DNA of 64,000 bases from a virus, in the IMG/VR virus record IMGVR_UViG_3300016471_000517, positions 53,061-117,060 of that record. One strand, written 5' to 3'. Shown here one piece after another: positions 1 to 9,301 of the stretch. The position numbers were made by a program, and so were the translations under genes. Under the pieces are notes generated by a model that saw only the letters and a program-made list of their open reading frames with translations, ran no database searches and was not told where the DNA came from. The stretch's first letter is position 1, and every line of letters starts with the position of its first letter.

Positions 1-19
1 AATTGTTGTTTGTCAATAG

Positions 20-47
20 TTGACTTTTATTTTTTGTGTAGTATATT
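20..47 (+). promoter_or_regulatory. sigma70-like promoter TTGACT-N16-TATATT, 6 nt before ATG
   Basis: Hexamers read directly; the same geometry recurs across the window. Confidence 0.65.
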
Positions 48-53
48 TTTATC

Positions 54-227
54 ATGTTCAAACACATCAAAAACAATTTCGTTCTTCGTGATTATTCTGA
101 GAGAGTTCTTGCAATTTTAATGTCAGTCATGGCTGGCATCATGGCACACATGGGAGAAACATGGTTTGCTATTGCAATTGTCTCTTTTGTATTGATTGAT
201 CCAAAATGGTTTAAGGATGTAAAATGA
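54..227 (+). CDS. small membrane protein (57 aa)
   Basis: Hand-translated MFKHIKNNF...AILMSVMAGIMAHMGETWFAIAIVSFVLIDPKW; ATGA overlap with next ORF; upstream promoter. Confidence 0.65.
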   Translation: MFKHIKNNFVLRDYSERVLAILMSVMAGIMAHMGETWFAIAIVSFVLIDPKWFKDVK

Positions 228-571
228 AAAGAAAAACAAAAACCGTACCATTCATATTAAATGACTTTGATTTGGTATCATATCTTTTAGAGGATGCTGA
301 TGAAAAGTTTAATAAGTCTTTAGAAGAGATGCCTTTTACTTTACTTCTGCAAAATTATGCAGACTATTGTGAAGCAATCGGTACTCTTGTCAAGGAAAGA
401 AAATCAAATAGCAAAGATCCGAGAATCACCAAACTTTATGAACGTAAGTATCTATTGGGAGAGAGACTTAAGTTGAAAATGTTTGACACTCAAGAAGAGG
501 CAAATAGAGCAAATTATCATTACGATATGATTGCTGATGAATATTGGCAATTGAAGAATAAATCAAAATAA
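224..571 (+). CDS. hypothetical protein
   Basis: 115-aa ORF coupled to upstream ORF. Confidence 0.75.
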   Translation: MKRKTKTVPFILNDFDLVSYLLEDADEKFNKSLEEMPFTLLLQNYADYCEAIGTLVKERKSNSKDPRITKLYERKYLLGERLKLKMFDTQEEANRANYHYDMIADEYWQLKNKSK

Positions 572-587
572 TTTGATTTAATTATTT

Positions 588-1187
588 TTATTCTTCTGGT
601 GGTTGTGGATAACTTATATTACCAATTTTTCTATAATAAATTTGTTGTGCCGAAAGTGTAGTGTTTCCGGGTAATATTTCATGTGCAAATGTAATTCCTG
701 TTATAGCATTTGCGGTTGCACCACCACCAGCAGCAGTCAAAAATGAATTTGTGGTATATTTTAAATAAAACACTTCAAATCTATCACTCGAATTCCCACT
801 ATTAGGAGAGCTTGCAAAATTTACAGAACCGCTTGTTGTATAATTCCAACCAATTTTTGGTTCATTTGATTGAAAATCTATAAAAAAACTTGGAGCAAAA
901 CAAGAAGCTACGGCATAATCTCCGAGATTAGGATCACCCCCATATAACGAATATTGGTATCTATTATTTAAATAAAGATAAGATAAATTGTTTGCTGTGG
1001 CTCCAGCCAATGAACCTCTTGAAAAATATGGTGTTTTGCTATATAACTCTTCGGAATTGCCACTTGAAATCCAAAAAGATGCTCCCTCTATTGCTCCACC
1101 AGTATTTCCAAATTTTGGAAGACTTTTTGAATCAATATTAGATCTTAATTTTAATATTCCTGTTAATAATGTTGGTTGTGTTGGCAT
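588..1187 (-). CDS. hypothetical protein, probably virion-associated (G/S/T/N-rich)
   Basis: ORF composition; last gene of a late operon. Confidence 0.6.
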   Translation of the reverse strand: MPTQPTLLTGILKLRSNIDSKSLPKFGNTGGAIEGASFWISSGNSEELYSKTPYFSRGSLAGATANNLSYLYLNNRYQYSLYGGDPNLGDYAVASCFAPSFFIDFQSNEPKIGWNYTTSGSVNFASSPNSGNSSDRFEVFYLKYTTNSFLTAAGGGATANAITGITFAHEILPGNTTLSAQQIYYRKIGNISYPQPPEE

Positions 1188-1193
1188 TTTACT

Positions 1194-2339
1194 TTACAAT
1201 TGAGATTGTACCTCTGAAACTTTATTTATTAACTCTGTAACTTTATTTTGAAATAAAATTAATCGTCCATTCATAGTCGGTCGTGTATCATTATTTAACG
1301 AATAAAAATAATAAGGCGATATATCGGTTTTTTCTGTTAAATAATCCATCATTATATTTACTGTTCCGGCATGCATCGGTCCTGATACATTTCCTTTGTT
1401 ATTAGAAAAGCCTGCACCAAATCCATGCATAACATTATAAAGTTTATTATTTTTTTTGTAAACTAAAATACCGGATGAATCTCCAACCCAAAATCTGCTA
1501 TTAACTGGGCCTATTGCTGTCATATAAAAAGAAGCCACCGGATACCTTTCTGCAAATTGATCAAAATAAATAAATAAACTCACCTCAGTAATTGGACAAA
1601 CAGTATCGCTGCCCCCTATGTAATATAAATTTTGTAAATTTGTTATTGTGTAGTTATGCGTAATTAGAGTTGTATAATTTAAATAATCTGTAATAGATAT
1701 ATTTTGATCTTTTAATATTGATAGAATTGACACCGATTGTACAAATGGGGATGATGATTGTGGTGGATTTGAATTTGATCTAAATTTCATCAAACCAAAA
1801 TCTTGTTCCATAGCATAATAAAATGTTGCTCCGTTTTGAAAACCTGGAATTTCTGGTGATCCTGCAAAATACTGTGGTTGAGCAAAATTTGGTGGATCAG
1901 AAACACAATTATAAATTCCTTCAAATTCTGTATAATAAGTGTAACCATCAAAATTTGGATGCCAATATGCCCAACCATAATTTGCAGTTAATCCTGTTTG
2001 TTTTACTATACTAGGAACAAGCGAAGGCAAGGAATCGCTGGGCTTACCAGCCATATAATGTATGCATCCAGAAAAATTTGTAGGAGATATTTTCCAAGAA
2101 AGTGGTATATTACAATTATAATAATTTGGCAATTCTGAATCTGGTGTTCCGGGTGGTATTTGTCCACTCCAACTTATACCACCGTTTTCATATCTTCTAC
2201 TTCTAAGCCCTATTGTTTTATAACTTTCTCGGGCATCATACAATATACAATTTGTATTCAAACCAATCGGCATACCAGAATTTCCTGGTCCATATAAATA
2301 TAAATCATGAAGTGTTGGGTTGTAAGATGGAAAATACAT
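1194..2339 (-). CDS. putative trypsin-fold serine protease
   Basis: ISPTNFSGCIHY / QDFGLMKF / VGDSSG in H-D-S order; start taken at MYFPSY just after upstream stop. Confidence 0.55.
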   Translation of the reverse strand: MYFPSYNPTLHDLYLYGPGNSGMPIGLNTNCILYDARESYKTIGLRSRRYENGGISWSGQIPPGTPDSELPNYYNCNIPLSWKISPTNFSGCIHYMAGKPSDSLPSLVPSIVKQTGLTANYGWAYWHPNFDGYTYYTEFEGIYNCVSDPPNFAQPQYFAGSPEIPGFQNGATFYYAMEQDFGLMKFRSNSNPPQSSSPFVQSVSILSILKDQNISITDYLNYTTLITHNYTITNLQNLYYIGGSDTVCPITEVSLFIYFDQFAERYPVASFYMTAIGPVNSRFWVGDSSGILVYKKNNKLYNVMHGFGAGFSNNKGNVSGPMHAGTVNIMMDYLTEKTDISPYYFYSLNNDTRPTMNGRLILFQNKVTELINKVSEVQSQL

Positions 2340-2340
2340 T

Positions 2341-3201
2341 TTAAAATATAGTCCACTGATTTCCATTTTCATCCACTGTAATCCCACCTATCGTATCAAA
2401 GTTGCTAGGATAAGCTTGATTTAAAACTGAGTCAATATCATTGGCTGATTGTTCTACCAAAGCCAAAGCTTGCAATAAAGTAGCTTCTCTAGCAAAATCT
2501 AAATCTGCATCCATACCAGAAATATAAATTTCAACGTCTTTTCCTTTTCTTGATACACCTACACCCGGTCCGGTAAATATAATATTATTTACAGATTTTA
2601 TTACATTTTCTTTATTTAAGCCATCATCATAAACTATTCCTACCGCACCGCCACCTACAGTTGCTGAAAGTTTAGAAACTGTTTGGTGAATTTCTTCAGT
2701 TTTCTTTTCTAAGTTTTCTGTTATTACTTTTGCATCAACAGTAAGTTTTCCATCTTTAAATGATAACGGTTTATCAATCTTTAAATAAGACCCAACTTCT
2801 TCACTTAAAGGAATTATTATTTCATTATCTTTTTGAACTTCTTTGTGCTTAAATATATTTTCCAATCGTCCAAGCAAATTTGGATCAACTGGCGTTGGCT
2901 CAAAATTAACAATTTCTGGTATTTTTTTACTTTCTTCCAATATGTGGTTTATATGTGAAGAAACATCACCAGAATATGTTCTTTCTTCTGGTTTTGGTCG
3001 CAATAAATCATCCAAACCACGCAACAAGCCGTTATCTACTTTTTGAACATTTTTATTTATTTGTGGTGTTCTATTTCCCGCTATCGTTTTTAATATGTCT
3101 TCATTTAAAATATGAGTTTTTGAAATTTTTTGTTGTGGTATCCCCTGTCTTTTACCACTCATTATATTCAAAATTTCATTTTTAATCGGATCTTTATTCA
3201 T
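2341..3201 (-). CDS. hypothetical virion protein with module shared with collagen fibre protein 39538..41481
   Basis: GGGAVGI...KSVNNIIFTGPGVGVSRKGKDV module; GATAAATA late-type box upstream. Confidence 0.65.
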   Translation of the reverse strand: MNKDPIKNEILNIMSGKRQGIPQQKISKTHILNEDILKTIAGNRTPQINKNVQKVDNGLLRGLDDLLRPKPEERTYSGDVSSHINHILEESKKIPEIVNFEPTPVDPNLLGRLENIFKHKEVQKDNEIIIPLSEEVGSYLKIDKPLSFKDGKLTVDAKVITENLEKKTEEIHQTVSKLSATVGGGAVGIVYDDGLNKENVIKSVNNIIFTGPGVGVSRKGKDVEIYISGMDADLDFAREATLLQALALVEQSANDIDSVLNQAYPSNFDTIGGITVDENGNQWTIF

Positions 3202-3214
3202 ACTATTATTTATC

Positions 3215-3242
3215 TTTACTTTTCAATTACTTGGGTTACAAT
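3215..3242 (+). promoter_or_regulatory. sigma70-like promoter TTTACT-N16-TACAAT
   Basis: 6 nt before ATG at 3249. Confidence 0.55.
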
Positions 3243-3248
3243 AAAAAA

Positions 3249-3425
3249 ATGAGCAAGAAAGAATTTGAAGAATACATTTACGAATACGGCCATGTCATGT
3301 ATAGAATTGGAAGAATGGAAACGGATGATAATTCTTCTACAAAAGAATATAATAACATGGTAAAGAAAAAAGAAGAACTCACCAAAATATTTGATGAGTT
3401 CTTCAAAACTTGTATTAAGTTTTAA
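3249..3425 (+). CDS. small hypothetical protein
   Basis: ORF from MSKKEF with promoter directly upstream. Confidence 0.6.
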   Translation: MSKKEFEEYIYEYGHVMYRIGRMETDDNSSTKEYNNMVKKKEELTKIFDEFFKTCIKF

Positions 3426-4100
3426 TTAGCGAACTGTACGACGAGGTCTGCGTTGTTGTGTTCTTGGGAGTGATTGATTTGGGGATTGAGCTTGTCCTGC
3501 AATTCCCCAATTTTGGAGAACTCCTTGATAATTACCACCACCTTGTCCTCCCAATGCGAGACCAAGGTCTGCCCCGTCAACTACACCGTCACCATTGATA
3601 TCACCGTTTACAAAACCTCCACCACCTTGGGTTGGTCTTTGAGTTTGGAAACTATTTGCTCCACCGATGTTCCCGGTTGGTCTCATTCCTCCACCGAAAC
3701 CTCCACCGCCTTGGGTTGGTCTTGTTCCGGGGCCAGCAAATTGATTTCCTTGATTACCTAGGCCGGTTCCGTACTGTGTGGAACGTTGCATTAGTGGGTT
3801 AGTGCCACCTTGTCCACCCAAGAGAATACCAAGATCTGCTCCGTCAACTACACCATCACGGTTGTAATCAAATTGTGATGAGCTTTGACCATAAGCAGCC
3901 AAGAGAGCTGCAAGCATTTGAGGATCGTATCCAGGATTTGTGGCTTCTGGACGACCAGCTTGTGCAAATGATTGTGCACTTGGAGCCATTGTGCCAGCTG
4001 TGATTGCTTCGTTGATCATTCTAACTTCTCTCTCAAGATGATTAACTTGAGCTTGAAGTTGTTCTGATAAATTTTTGTAGTAGTTTGTGATGTAATTCAT
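3426..4100 (-). CDS. Gly/Gln-rich late protein with two dockerin-like Ca-binding motifs
   Basis: DYNRDGVVDGADLGILLG and GDINGDGVVDGADLGLALG; TATAAATA upstream. Confidence 0.75.
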   Translation of the reverse strand: MNYITNYYKNLSEQLQAQVNHLEREVRMINEAITAGTMAPSAQSFAQAGRPEATNPGYDPQMLAALLAAYGQSSSQFDYNRDGVVDGADLGILLGGQGGTNPLMQRSTQYGTGLGNQGNQFAGPGTRPTQGGGGFGGGMRPTGNIGGANSFQTQRPTQGGGGFVNGDINGDGVVDGADLGLALGGQGGGNYQGVLQNWGIAGQAQSPNQSLPRTQQRRPRRTVR

Positions 4101-4120
4101 GAATTGTTCCTTAGTAATAT

Positions 4121-4128
4121 TATTTATA
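4121..4128 (-). promoter_or_regulatory. T4-type late promoter TATAAATA
   Basis: Exact gp55 consensus; gp55 is in the window. Confidence 0.75.
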
Positions 4129-4131
4129 ATT

Positions 4132-4878
4132 TTATTTTTTTAACCAATTGTTGAGTAATTTTTCTCTTGTTGCCATTTTTAATTTTTTTGCAACTTCTGA
4201 TCCCTTAGATTTTGTGCCCATAACTTTATCCACCGTATCCTGTAATTTTTTATTAAAAGCCAAATCTGGAACATATCTGCTATATGCGTCGGGCAATCCT
4301 TGTTGGTAAGGAGCAGTCATGTCTTGACCTGCAAACAAGCCAGCCTGAGCTAAAGATTGTTTTAAATTTTGGCTAACATAGTTGCTAACAGCTTGATTTA
4401 AATTTTTCCACCCAATTTTAACGTCTTGTTCAGGGTCATCTGTTTCTGGGATGCTGTCAGAATATTGAGCAATAAAATCTCTTGCTCTTGCAAATGTTGC
4501 ATCATCCACACCAAATCCCATCCCAGACCCGATATTATTAGTGTAGTGCGGTTTATTGGGTACAACACGTATGTCGGTTCCTTGGACTATTCCCGGCTTT
4601 CCTTGGCCTTTTAAAGCAGACGCTGCTGCCCCTGAGTTCCATGACATTGCATCGGATGCACCACCAATGTCAAGGTATGAATAAGTTCCGGCGACACCAC
4701 CTGCATTGGGAACGGGAACTTTACCACTGCTTGTTGTTTGAGTTTTTTCAGATGGAGTAAAGAATCCATCAAGAACTTCTTCAAGTAGTTCTTGTTTTTG
4801 TTCTATTAATTTTTTAAGTTTAAAAATTTCAATTTCTAACTCTTCTGAAAGAATTTTATAAGAGGATTCTTGTTTCAT
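4132..4878 (-). CDS. hypothetical protein, N-terminal coiled coil
   Basis: 248-aa ORF in late operon. Confidence 0.7.
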   Translation of the reverse strand: MKQESSYKILSEELEIEIFKLKKLIEQKQELLEEVLDGFFTPSEKTQTTSSGKVPVPNAGGVAGTYSYLDIGGASDAMSWNSGAAASALKGQGKPGIVQGTDIRVVPNKPHYTNNIGSGMGFGVDDATFARARDFIAQYSDSIPETDDPEQDVKIGWKNLNQAVSNYVSQNLKQSLAQAGLFAGQDMTAPYQQGLPDAYSRYVPDLAFNKKLQDTVDKVMGTKSKGSEVAKKLKMATREKLLNNWLKK

Positions 4879-5081
4879 TTTAAACTTTCTCCAAATACAG
4901 ATTTGAGTATTTCATCTATATTTGGAATGTTATTTCTTTGGAGCTGTCCGTAAAGTTGTTGAATGACTTCTTTTTTCCACTGATTTATACCGTACTCAGT
5001 TGGATTTTGTTTTCCTACAATTTGGTCCTCTATATTATAGAGATTACCTTCTTTTAAGGAATTATTTTTGTTTCTTTGCAC
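4875..5081 (-). CDS. small hypothetical protein
   Basis: Overlaps both neighbours in operon. Confidence 0.6.
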   Translation of the reverse strand: MQRNKNNSLKEGNLYNIEDQIVGKQNPTEYGINQWKKEVIQQLYGQLQRNNIPNIDEILKSVFGESLK

Positions 5082-5385
5082 GGAGCTTCTTCAAAGTTAG
5101 AGCAAGGCGAGCACGCTTTCCGAGCTTTCCACCTTTTTCAGCAGCCTTTTCAAGCTTGCCTTCAGGAATCTTTTTTCCTTCTTTTACTTTGAGTGATTTT
5201 CTCAAAGCTCCTGGTTTTTTGATGGCACCTTGAATCCAGTTCTTTTTCTCGTTCAAAGCATAATCAAGAAGAACATTGTCATCTTCAAACAAATTTTCAA
5301 TAATTTCGTCTGCGATTTCAAGTTCTTCTCTAAGAAGTTCAACTTGTGCGATTAATTGTCTTAATTGAAATAGTGTTGGGTCCAT
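5062..5385 (-). CDS. acidic-leader / basic C-terminal protein (NWIQGAIKKPGALRKSL module)
   Basis: Basic module I recall from aquatic phage hypotheticals; late promoter upstream. Confidence 0.7.
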   Translation of the reverse strand: MDPTLFQLRQLIAQVELLREELEIADEIIENLFEDDNVLLDYALNEKKNWIQGAIKKPGALRKSLKVKEGKKIPEGKLEKAAEKGGKLGKRARLALTLKKLRAKKQK

Positions 5386-5390
5386 GAAAG

Positions 5391-5398
5391 TATTTATA
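5391..5398 (-). promoter_or_regulatory. T4-type late promoter TATAAATA
   Basis: Exact consensus 5 nt before ATG. Confidence 0.75.
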
Positions 5399-5418
5399 TT
5401 TTTCTAAATATTTCTAAC

Positions 5419-5661
5419 ATGTATGACATTTATCTAAACGGATCAACATTAGCTACAGGATCAACAAAATTTCCAAAACATAAAGGTGTTTTGGCCATAG
5501 CCAACTCAGCTGGAAATGGTTTAACCGGTTGGTTCATAAACCAACAAGGAAACACAATTTCCGTTCCATTTTATTTACCAGCTGGACCAACAATTCTACC
5601 ACATCAATTTTATTCTATAACAGCTTTGAATACCGGTGTTACAGCTTTTTTGCTAAATTAA
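5419..5661 (+). CDS. small hypothetical protein
   Basis: ORF with CTAAATA late-type box upstream. Confidence 0.65.
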   Translation: MYDIYLNGSTLATGSTKFPKHKGVLAIANSAGNGLTGWFINQQGNTISVPFYLPAGPTILPHQFYSITALNTGVTAFLLN

Positions 5662-5662
5662 T

Positions 5663-5869
5663 ATGCAAAAAAATCATCGGTGTCTTGTGACCAATCAAAG
5701 GTTAGATCCCGGAGATTGGTATTGGTACTCATGGGAAATGGAAGCTCCCATATCTGCTGCTGGCATGGCAGAACTGGAACAAAGAAGATTTGATCCAGAT
5801 GATGAATTTGCTAAAATTATTTGGGAAGAATGGGTCTGGTCTAAAGAAATAGGCCAACCAGACCTTTAA
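5663..5869 (+). CDS. small Trp-rich hypothetical protein
   Basis: ORF contiguous with previous one. Confidence 0.6.
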   Translation: MQKNHRCLVTNQRLDPGDWYWYSWEMEAPISAAGMAELEQRRFDPDDEFAKIIWEEWVWSKEIGQPDL

Positions 5870-8113
5870 TTATCTTATAATTTTCATTCTTCTTATTTCT
5901 TCTGGTGTCCATTCTTCATCGGGAAGTTTCAAAGGAGCGTTCATAGTTCCTTCATTATCTGGTTCAAGATCTTTTGGTCTTCTTGATGTTGTTGCGAACA
6001 TCGGTCTTCCCAACATTCTATCTCTCAATGGATCAAGCACATCTGCATATCGAGTCATTGGATTGATAAATCTTGGATCCTCCTTACCAGTGTAAGGTCT
6101 AACATTTCCAGGAGCATTTACAATTCTCATATTTGAGATATCAATGTTTGGAGCTTGTGGTCTGGAAGAAATTTCCGGTTTTGTTGAACCAAATTTTGTA
6201 AATTTTCTACCCAAAACTCTATCCAAATATTGACCAACATTTCCTGGAAGTTCTGATTTTGTATTTACAGTTGAGCCGCCACCCATTTCTGATTGTATAA
6301 TTCCAGTTTCTATTTCTGGTCCATATTCATTCGCTTCCTTTGCCGCTTGTTCATCTTTATCAAGCAACTGATTTAACATTTTGGAAACTCTATTTAAATA
6401 TGCTGTTTCTGCTGGTGTATTTCCACTTTGATCTTCACTAAATCTATTTACTTTTTTACCACCAATTCCCAAAAATCCACCTTCAGTTTTTTGTCTTCCA
6501 CCCATAAATTTAGCAGTTTCTCCCCTAGCTAGAGCAGTTGCTGCCATAAACAATTTTTCTTTTTCTGAAAGTTTATTCCATTCTTCGGATTCAGGGACTA
6601 CATAGCCTTTAAATTGAGGTGTGTCGGGAGTAATTTTTATTTGTTGAATCTGATCTGTCTCTGCCTTTGTCTCTGTATCTGTTTCTGGAAAAATTGGGAA
6701 TTGACCTCTTTCCTGGTCTGGAATTGGAACGGCGCCAGGAACATCAGTGGTTCCATAAAGTTTTTCCCGCATCGCATTTGGAGTTGTTTGGGCTAAATTC
6801 TTTTTAATAAAATCAGATACTTTTGGTCCAACGGAAGATATTACATTTTCAGCAGCTTTATTTAAAGTTTGTCTGAAAGGAATCCCACCCTCTTGTTTTG
6901 GAAAAATTGGGAATTGACCTCTTTCTACAGCAAAAGGATCTGGAACATATTTCCCCATTCCAGGTGGTTCGTTTATTACACGACTTCCATCTGTATCCAA
7001 GTCATATTGGAGAGCATCCATGTAATCCTGTCTTGCATTTGAATCTTTTTTTTCCGGTTCCTGTTCTCTTCGAACTATTTCTTGAGCTTGTCGGTTTATC
7101 TCGTCATCCTGTGCGGCCAGTTCTCTGTCAATTCTTTCAGCTGATTGCCTTTGAGCTGTTCTTTCTCTTGATCCTGGAGTTGTTCTTGCTAGTTGACCTG
7201 TCTCGGTGTCATACCAAGCATCACTAGTTCCAAATTTTGGAATGTCCGTGGGTCTTTGACGCATTGTATAGAATTGTGCACTATTTTGTGCTGGCACTTC
7301 ACCGGGCCCTGAAGTGGCTGACCAATTTGGTGCTCCTCTGGAAGCTAAATCAAAAAATATTCTTTGGTCTTCTCTGTTAAGAGCATCGTAATCACGACCT
7401 GTTGCAGTCTTAAAATCACCATGAGTAACTTGATATACTGGACTTATTCTTGAACCTGCTTTTCTTTCTTTTCTTTCAGTATCTACCGCTGCTGATTTTT
7501 CTCTTGACAAAACAAAAGCTGTTTCAATTTCTTCTGGTGAAAATTTTTTGCCTCGGGGATTGAGTTTAGAGCCACTAGTTTGAGTTTCAAATGCTTTTTT
7601 TGCGGCGTCATATGCTTCTTGTTCTGCTCCCGGTTTTGGAGTTGTTTTAAACATTCCAAGAGGAAGATTTGATAATTGTGTTCCAGATGCAACTCTCTGT
7701 CTTCCTTGAGCTAATTTTTTACTTTCTTCAGCTTTAATTCTTCCGTAACCACTTTGCGAGAGTTGATTTTCAAGTTCTGCAATTTTAGATTCAACACCCG
7801 GATCCACTCCAGCTCCTTGGGCTTGTCTTGCAGCAACTCTTCTCATTCTGTTTAAAGTTTCTTGAGCATCTTTTTGTCTTGCCTTTACCATTCCACCCAA
7901 TCTTTGATCAGTATAAGAAGAATAATCGGGTTGATATGCCGGAGTTGGATTTCCGGTATTATATCCAATAGATCCACCTGTAGTTCCACTTGGAAACATT
8001 GGTCTCATATTAGGTGAACCAAAATAACCAGGCGTCCCATATCCTGTTCCAGGAGCATCAAAGGGAGTATCTTCAATGATATAAGAAACTAAAAAATCAG
8101 AAATTTTTTTCAT
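5870..8113 (-). CDS. large low-complexity hypothetical protein, possible internal head protein
   Basis: 747 aa; N-terminus MKKISDFLVSYIIE; ERGQFPIFP occurs twice. Confidence 0.7.
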   Translation of the reverse strand: MKKISDFLVSYIIEDTPFDAPGTGYGTPGYFGSPNMRPMFPSGTTGGSIGYNTGNPTPAYQPDYSSYTDQRLGGMVKARQKDAQETLNRMRRVAARQAQGAGVDPGVESKIAELENQLSQSGYGRIKAEESKKLAQGRQRVASGTQLSNLPLGMFKTTPKPGAEQEAYDAAKKAFETQTSGSKLNPRGKKFSPEEIETAFVLSREKSAAVDTERKERKAGSRISPVYQVTHGDFKTATGRDYDALNREDQRIFFDLASRGAPNWSATSGPGEVPAQNSAQFYTMRQRPTDIPKFGTSDAWYDTETGQLARTTPGSRERTAQRQSAERIDRELAAQDDEINRQAQEIVRREQEPEKKDSNARQDYMDALQYDLDTDGSRVINEPPGMGKYVPDPFAVERGQFPIFPKQEGGIPFRQTLNKAAENVISSVGPKVSDFIKKNLAQTTPNAMREKLYGTTDVPGAVPIPDQERGQFPIFPETDTETKAETDQIQQIKITPDTPQFKGYVVPESEEWNKLSEKEKLFMAATALARGETAKFMGGRQKTEGGFLGIGGKKVNRFSEDQSGNTPAETAYLNRVSKMLNQLLDKDEQAAKEANEYGPEIETGIIQSEMGGGSTVNTKSELPGNVGQYLDRVLGRKFTKFGSTKPEISSRPQAPNIDISNMRIVNAPGNVRPYTGKEDPRFINPMTRYADVLDPLRDRMLGRPMFATTSRRPKDLEPDNEGTMNAPLKLPDEEWTPEEIRRMKIIR

Positions 8114-8115
8114 TT

Positions 8116-8841
8116 TTATTTCTTTCCTCGGAGCATTCGATCAATTATAGATTCTATATTTTCTTCTCTTGCTTCCCTACCAGCTTCATACTCTTGCTCC
8201 GAAGCAGCTTGTCTGGCTGCGATTCTTGCAGCTCTGCTAGCTTCTTTATAAGACTGTCTCGCATGCTCTGATCGGGCTTGTGCGGCCAAAGAATAAGTTG
8301 GAAGTGGACTTGAAGGATCGCCTATTCCGGGATCGGCCATTTCACCGTCTTCCGCATCCATTTCAACTTCATTTGCATTGCCTACAGGAGCAGCATCAAC
8401 TGGTCCCATTGCTCTGGCTCTTTGAGCCGATAATTCTGCTCTTTTCATTCTTGCTATTTGGGCATAAACACCAGGATCACCGCCAGCCAAAGAAACTGAA
8501 GTTGGTGTAACCTTCTCATAACCTGGAACACCGCCCTGCATCTTGTTTTGAATTTCTGCGGCCATTGCTGCTTTCAAAGAACCTTCTCTTGCAGCATCTA
8601 CTTGTTTACCACTCTCCCCATAAATTGGAAGAACATCATCACCTTGCATAGTTCTTGGTGCTGGTGGTTGCATTTGCCCAGAAAGAGCAGCTTGTCTTTG
8701 TGGATCTGTAATTCTTCTTGCTTTTTGTTCATTTAGTTGAACTCTTTGAGTATAAATTTTTGACTCAGAGAGCAATTTTGCTTTCATGGCAGCTGAATTT
8801 AATTCATGGATCCATGAATAACTATTAATTTTCTTTTTCAT
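8116..8841 (-). CDS. hypothetical late protein (Ala/Arg/Gln-rich)
   Basis: 241-aa ORF; CTAAATA upstream. Confidence 0.7.
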   Translation of the reverse strand: MKKKINSYSWIHELNSAAMKAKLLSESKIYTQRVQLNEQKARRITDPQRQAALSGQMQPPAPRTMQGDDVLPIYGESGKQVDAAREGSLKAAMAAEIQNKMQGGVPGYEKVTPTSVSLAGGDPGVYAQIARMKRAELSAQRARAMGPVDAAPVGNANEVEMDAEDGEMADPGIGDPSSPLPTYSLAAQARSEHARQSYKEASRAARIAARQAASEQEYEAGREAREENIESIIDRMLRGKK

Positions 8842-8855
8842 AAAAATATTTAGAT

Positions 8856-8883
8856 TTGACTTAACTTTAAAAAGGATTATAAT
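8856..8883 (+). promoter_or_regulatory. sigma70-like promoter TTGACT-N16-TATAAT
   Basis: Near-consensus hexamers; ATG 7 nt downstream. Confidence 0.75.
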
Positions 8884-8890
8884 TAGATAT

Positions 8891-9013
8891 ATGGATTTAA
8901 ATGGACAAGCAGGAAAGGGTGATACTTATCGCCCGGTAGATTATAAAGTTTGGTGTAAAAATTTTGATGCAATTTTTAATAAGAAAAAACCAAAAAAGAA
9001 GAAGAAAAAATAA
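8891..9013 (+). CDS. 40-aa basic protein (GKGDTYRPVD...NFDAIF motif)
   Basis: Hand-translated; directly behind promoter; motif resembles small conserved phage ORFs. Confidence 0.6.
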   Translation: MDLNGQAGKGDTYRPVDYKVWCKNFDAIFNKKKPKKKKKK

Positions 9014-9018
9014 AATTT

Positions 9019-9090
9019 GCGGGTGTAACTCAATGGCAGAGTGCAAGCCTTCCAAGCTTGATGTTGAGGGTTCGACCCCCTTCACCCGCT
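9019..9090 (+). tRNA. tRNA-Gly(TCC), CCA not encoded
   Basis: GCGGGTG/CACCCGC acceptor, CAAGC-CTTCCAA-GCTTG anticodon arm, GTTCGA T-loop. Confidence 0.93.
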
Positions 9091-9093
9091 TTC

Positions 9094-9121
9094 TTGACAA
9101 ACAATAAACACGGTGTATAAT
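9094..9121 (+). promoter_or_regulatory. sigma70-like promoter TTGACA-N16-TATAAT
   Basis: Perfect hexamers; ATG 6 nt downstream. Confidence 0.8.
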
Positions 9122-9127
9122 ATAACC

Positions 9128-9301
9128 ATGCCTAATTCAAAACAACGTATTACTGCTCGTACTCACAAAAAGCGCAAGAATAGGATTGCTCGTCAACGTG
9201 CCGAGAGTCTTATGAATGCAAAGGTTGGCACTCTTCGTAAGCTTGACGAGATTGGCCAACTTCCTAAGTCTGTCAAGCTTTCAAGGTTGCCAAATGGCTA
9301 A
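9128..9301 (+). CDS. small basic protein
   Basis: MPNSKQRITARTHKKRKNR..., directly behind promoter. Confidence 0.65.
   Translation: MPNSKQRITARTHKKRKNRIARQRAESLMNAKVGTLRKLDEIGQLPKSVKLSRLPNG

Noticed and set aside
8897-9100. 67-aa minus-strand ORF (and the similar ORF at 23746..24048)
   Set aside because: Both are antisense to tRNA genes.
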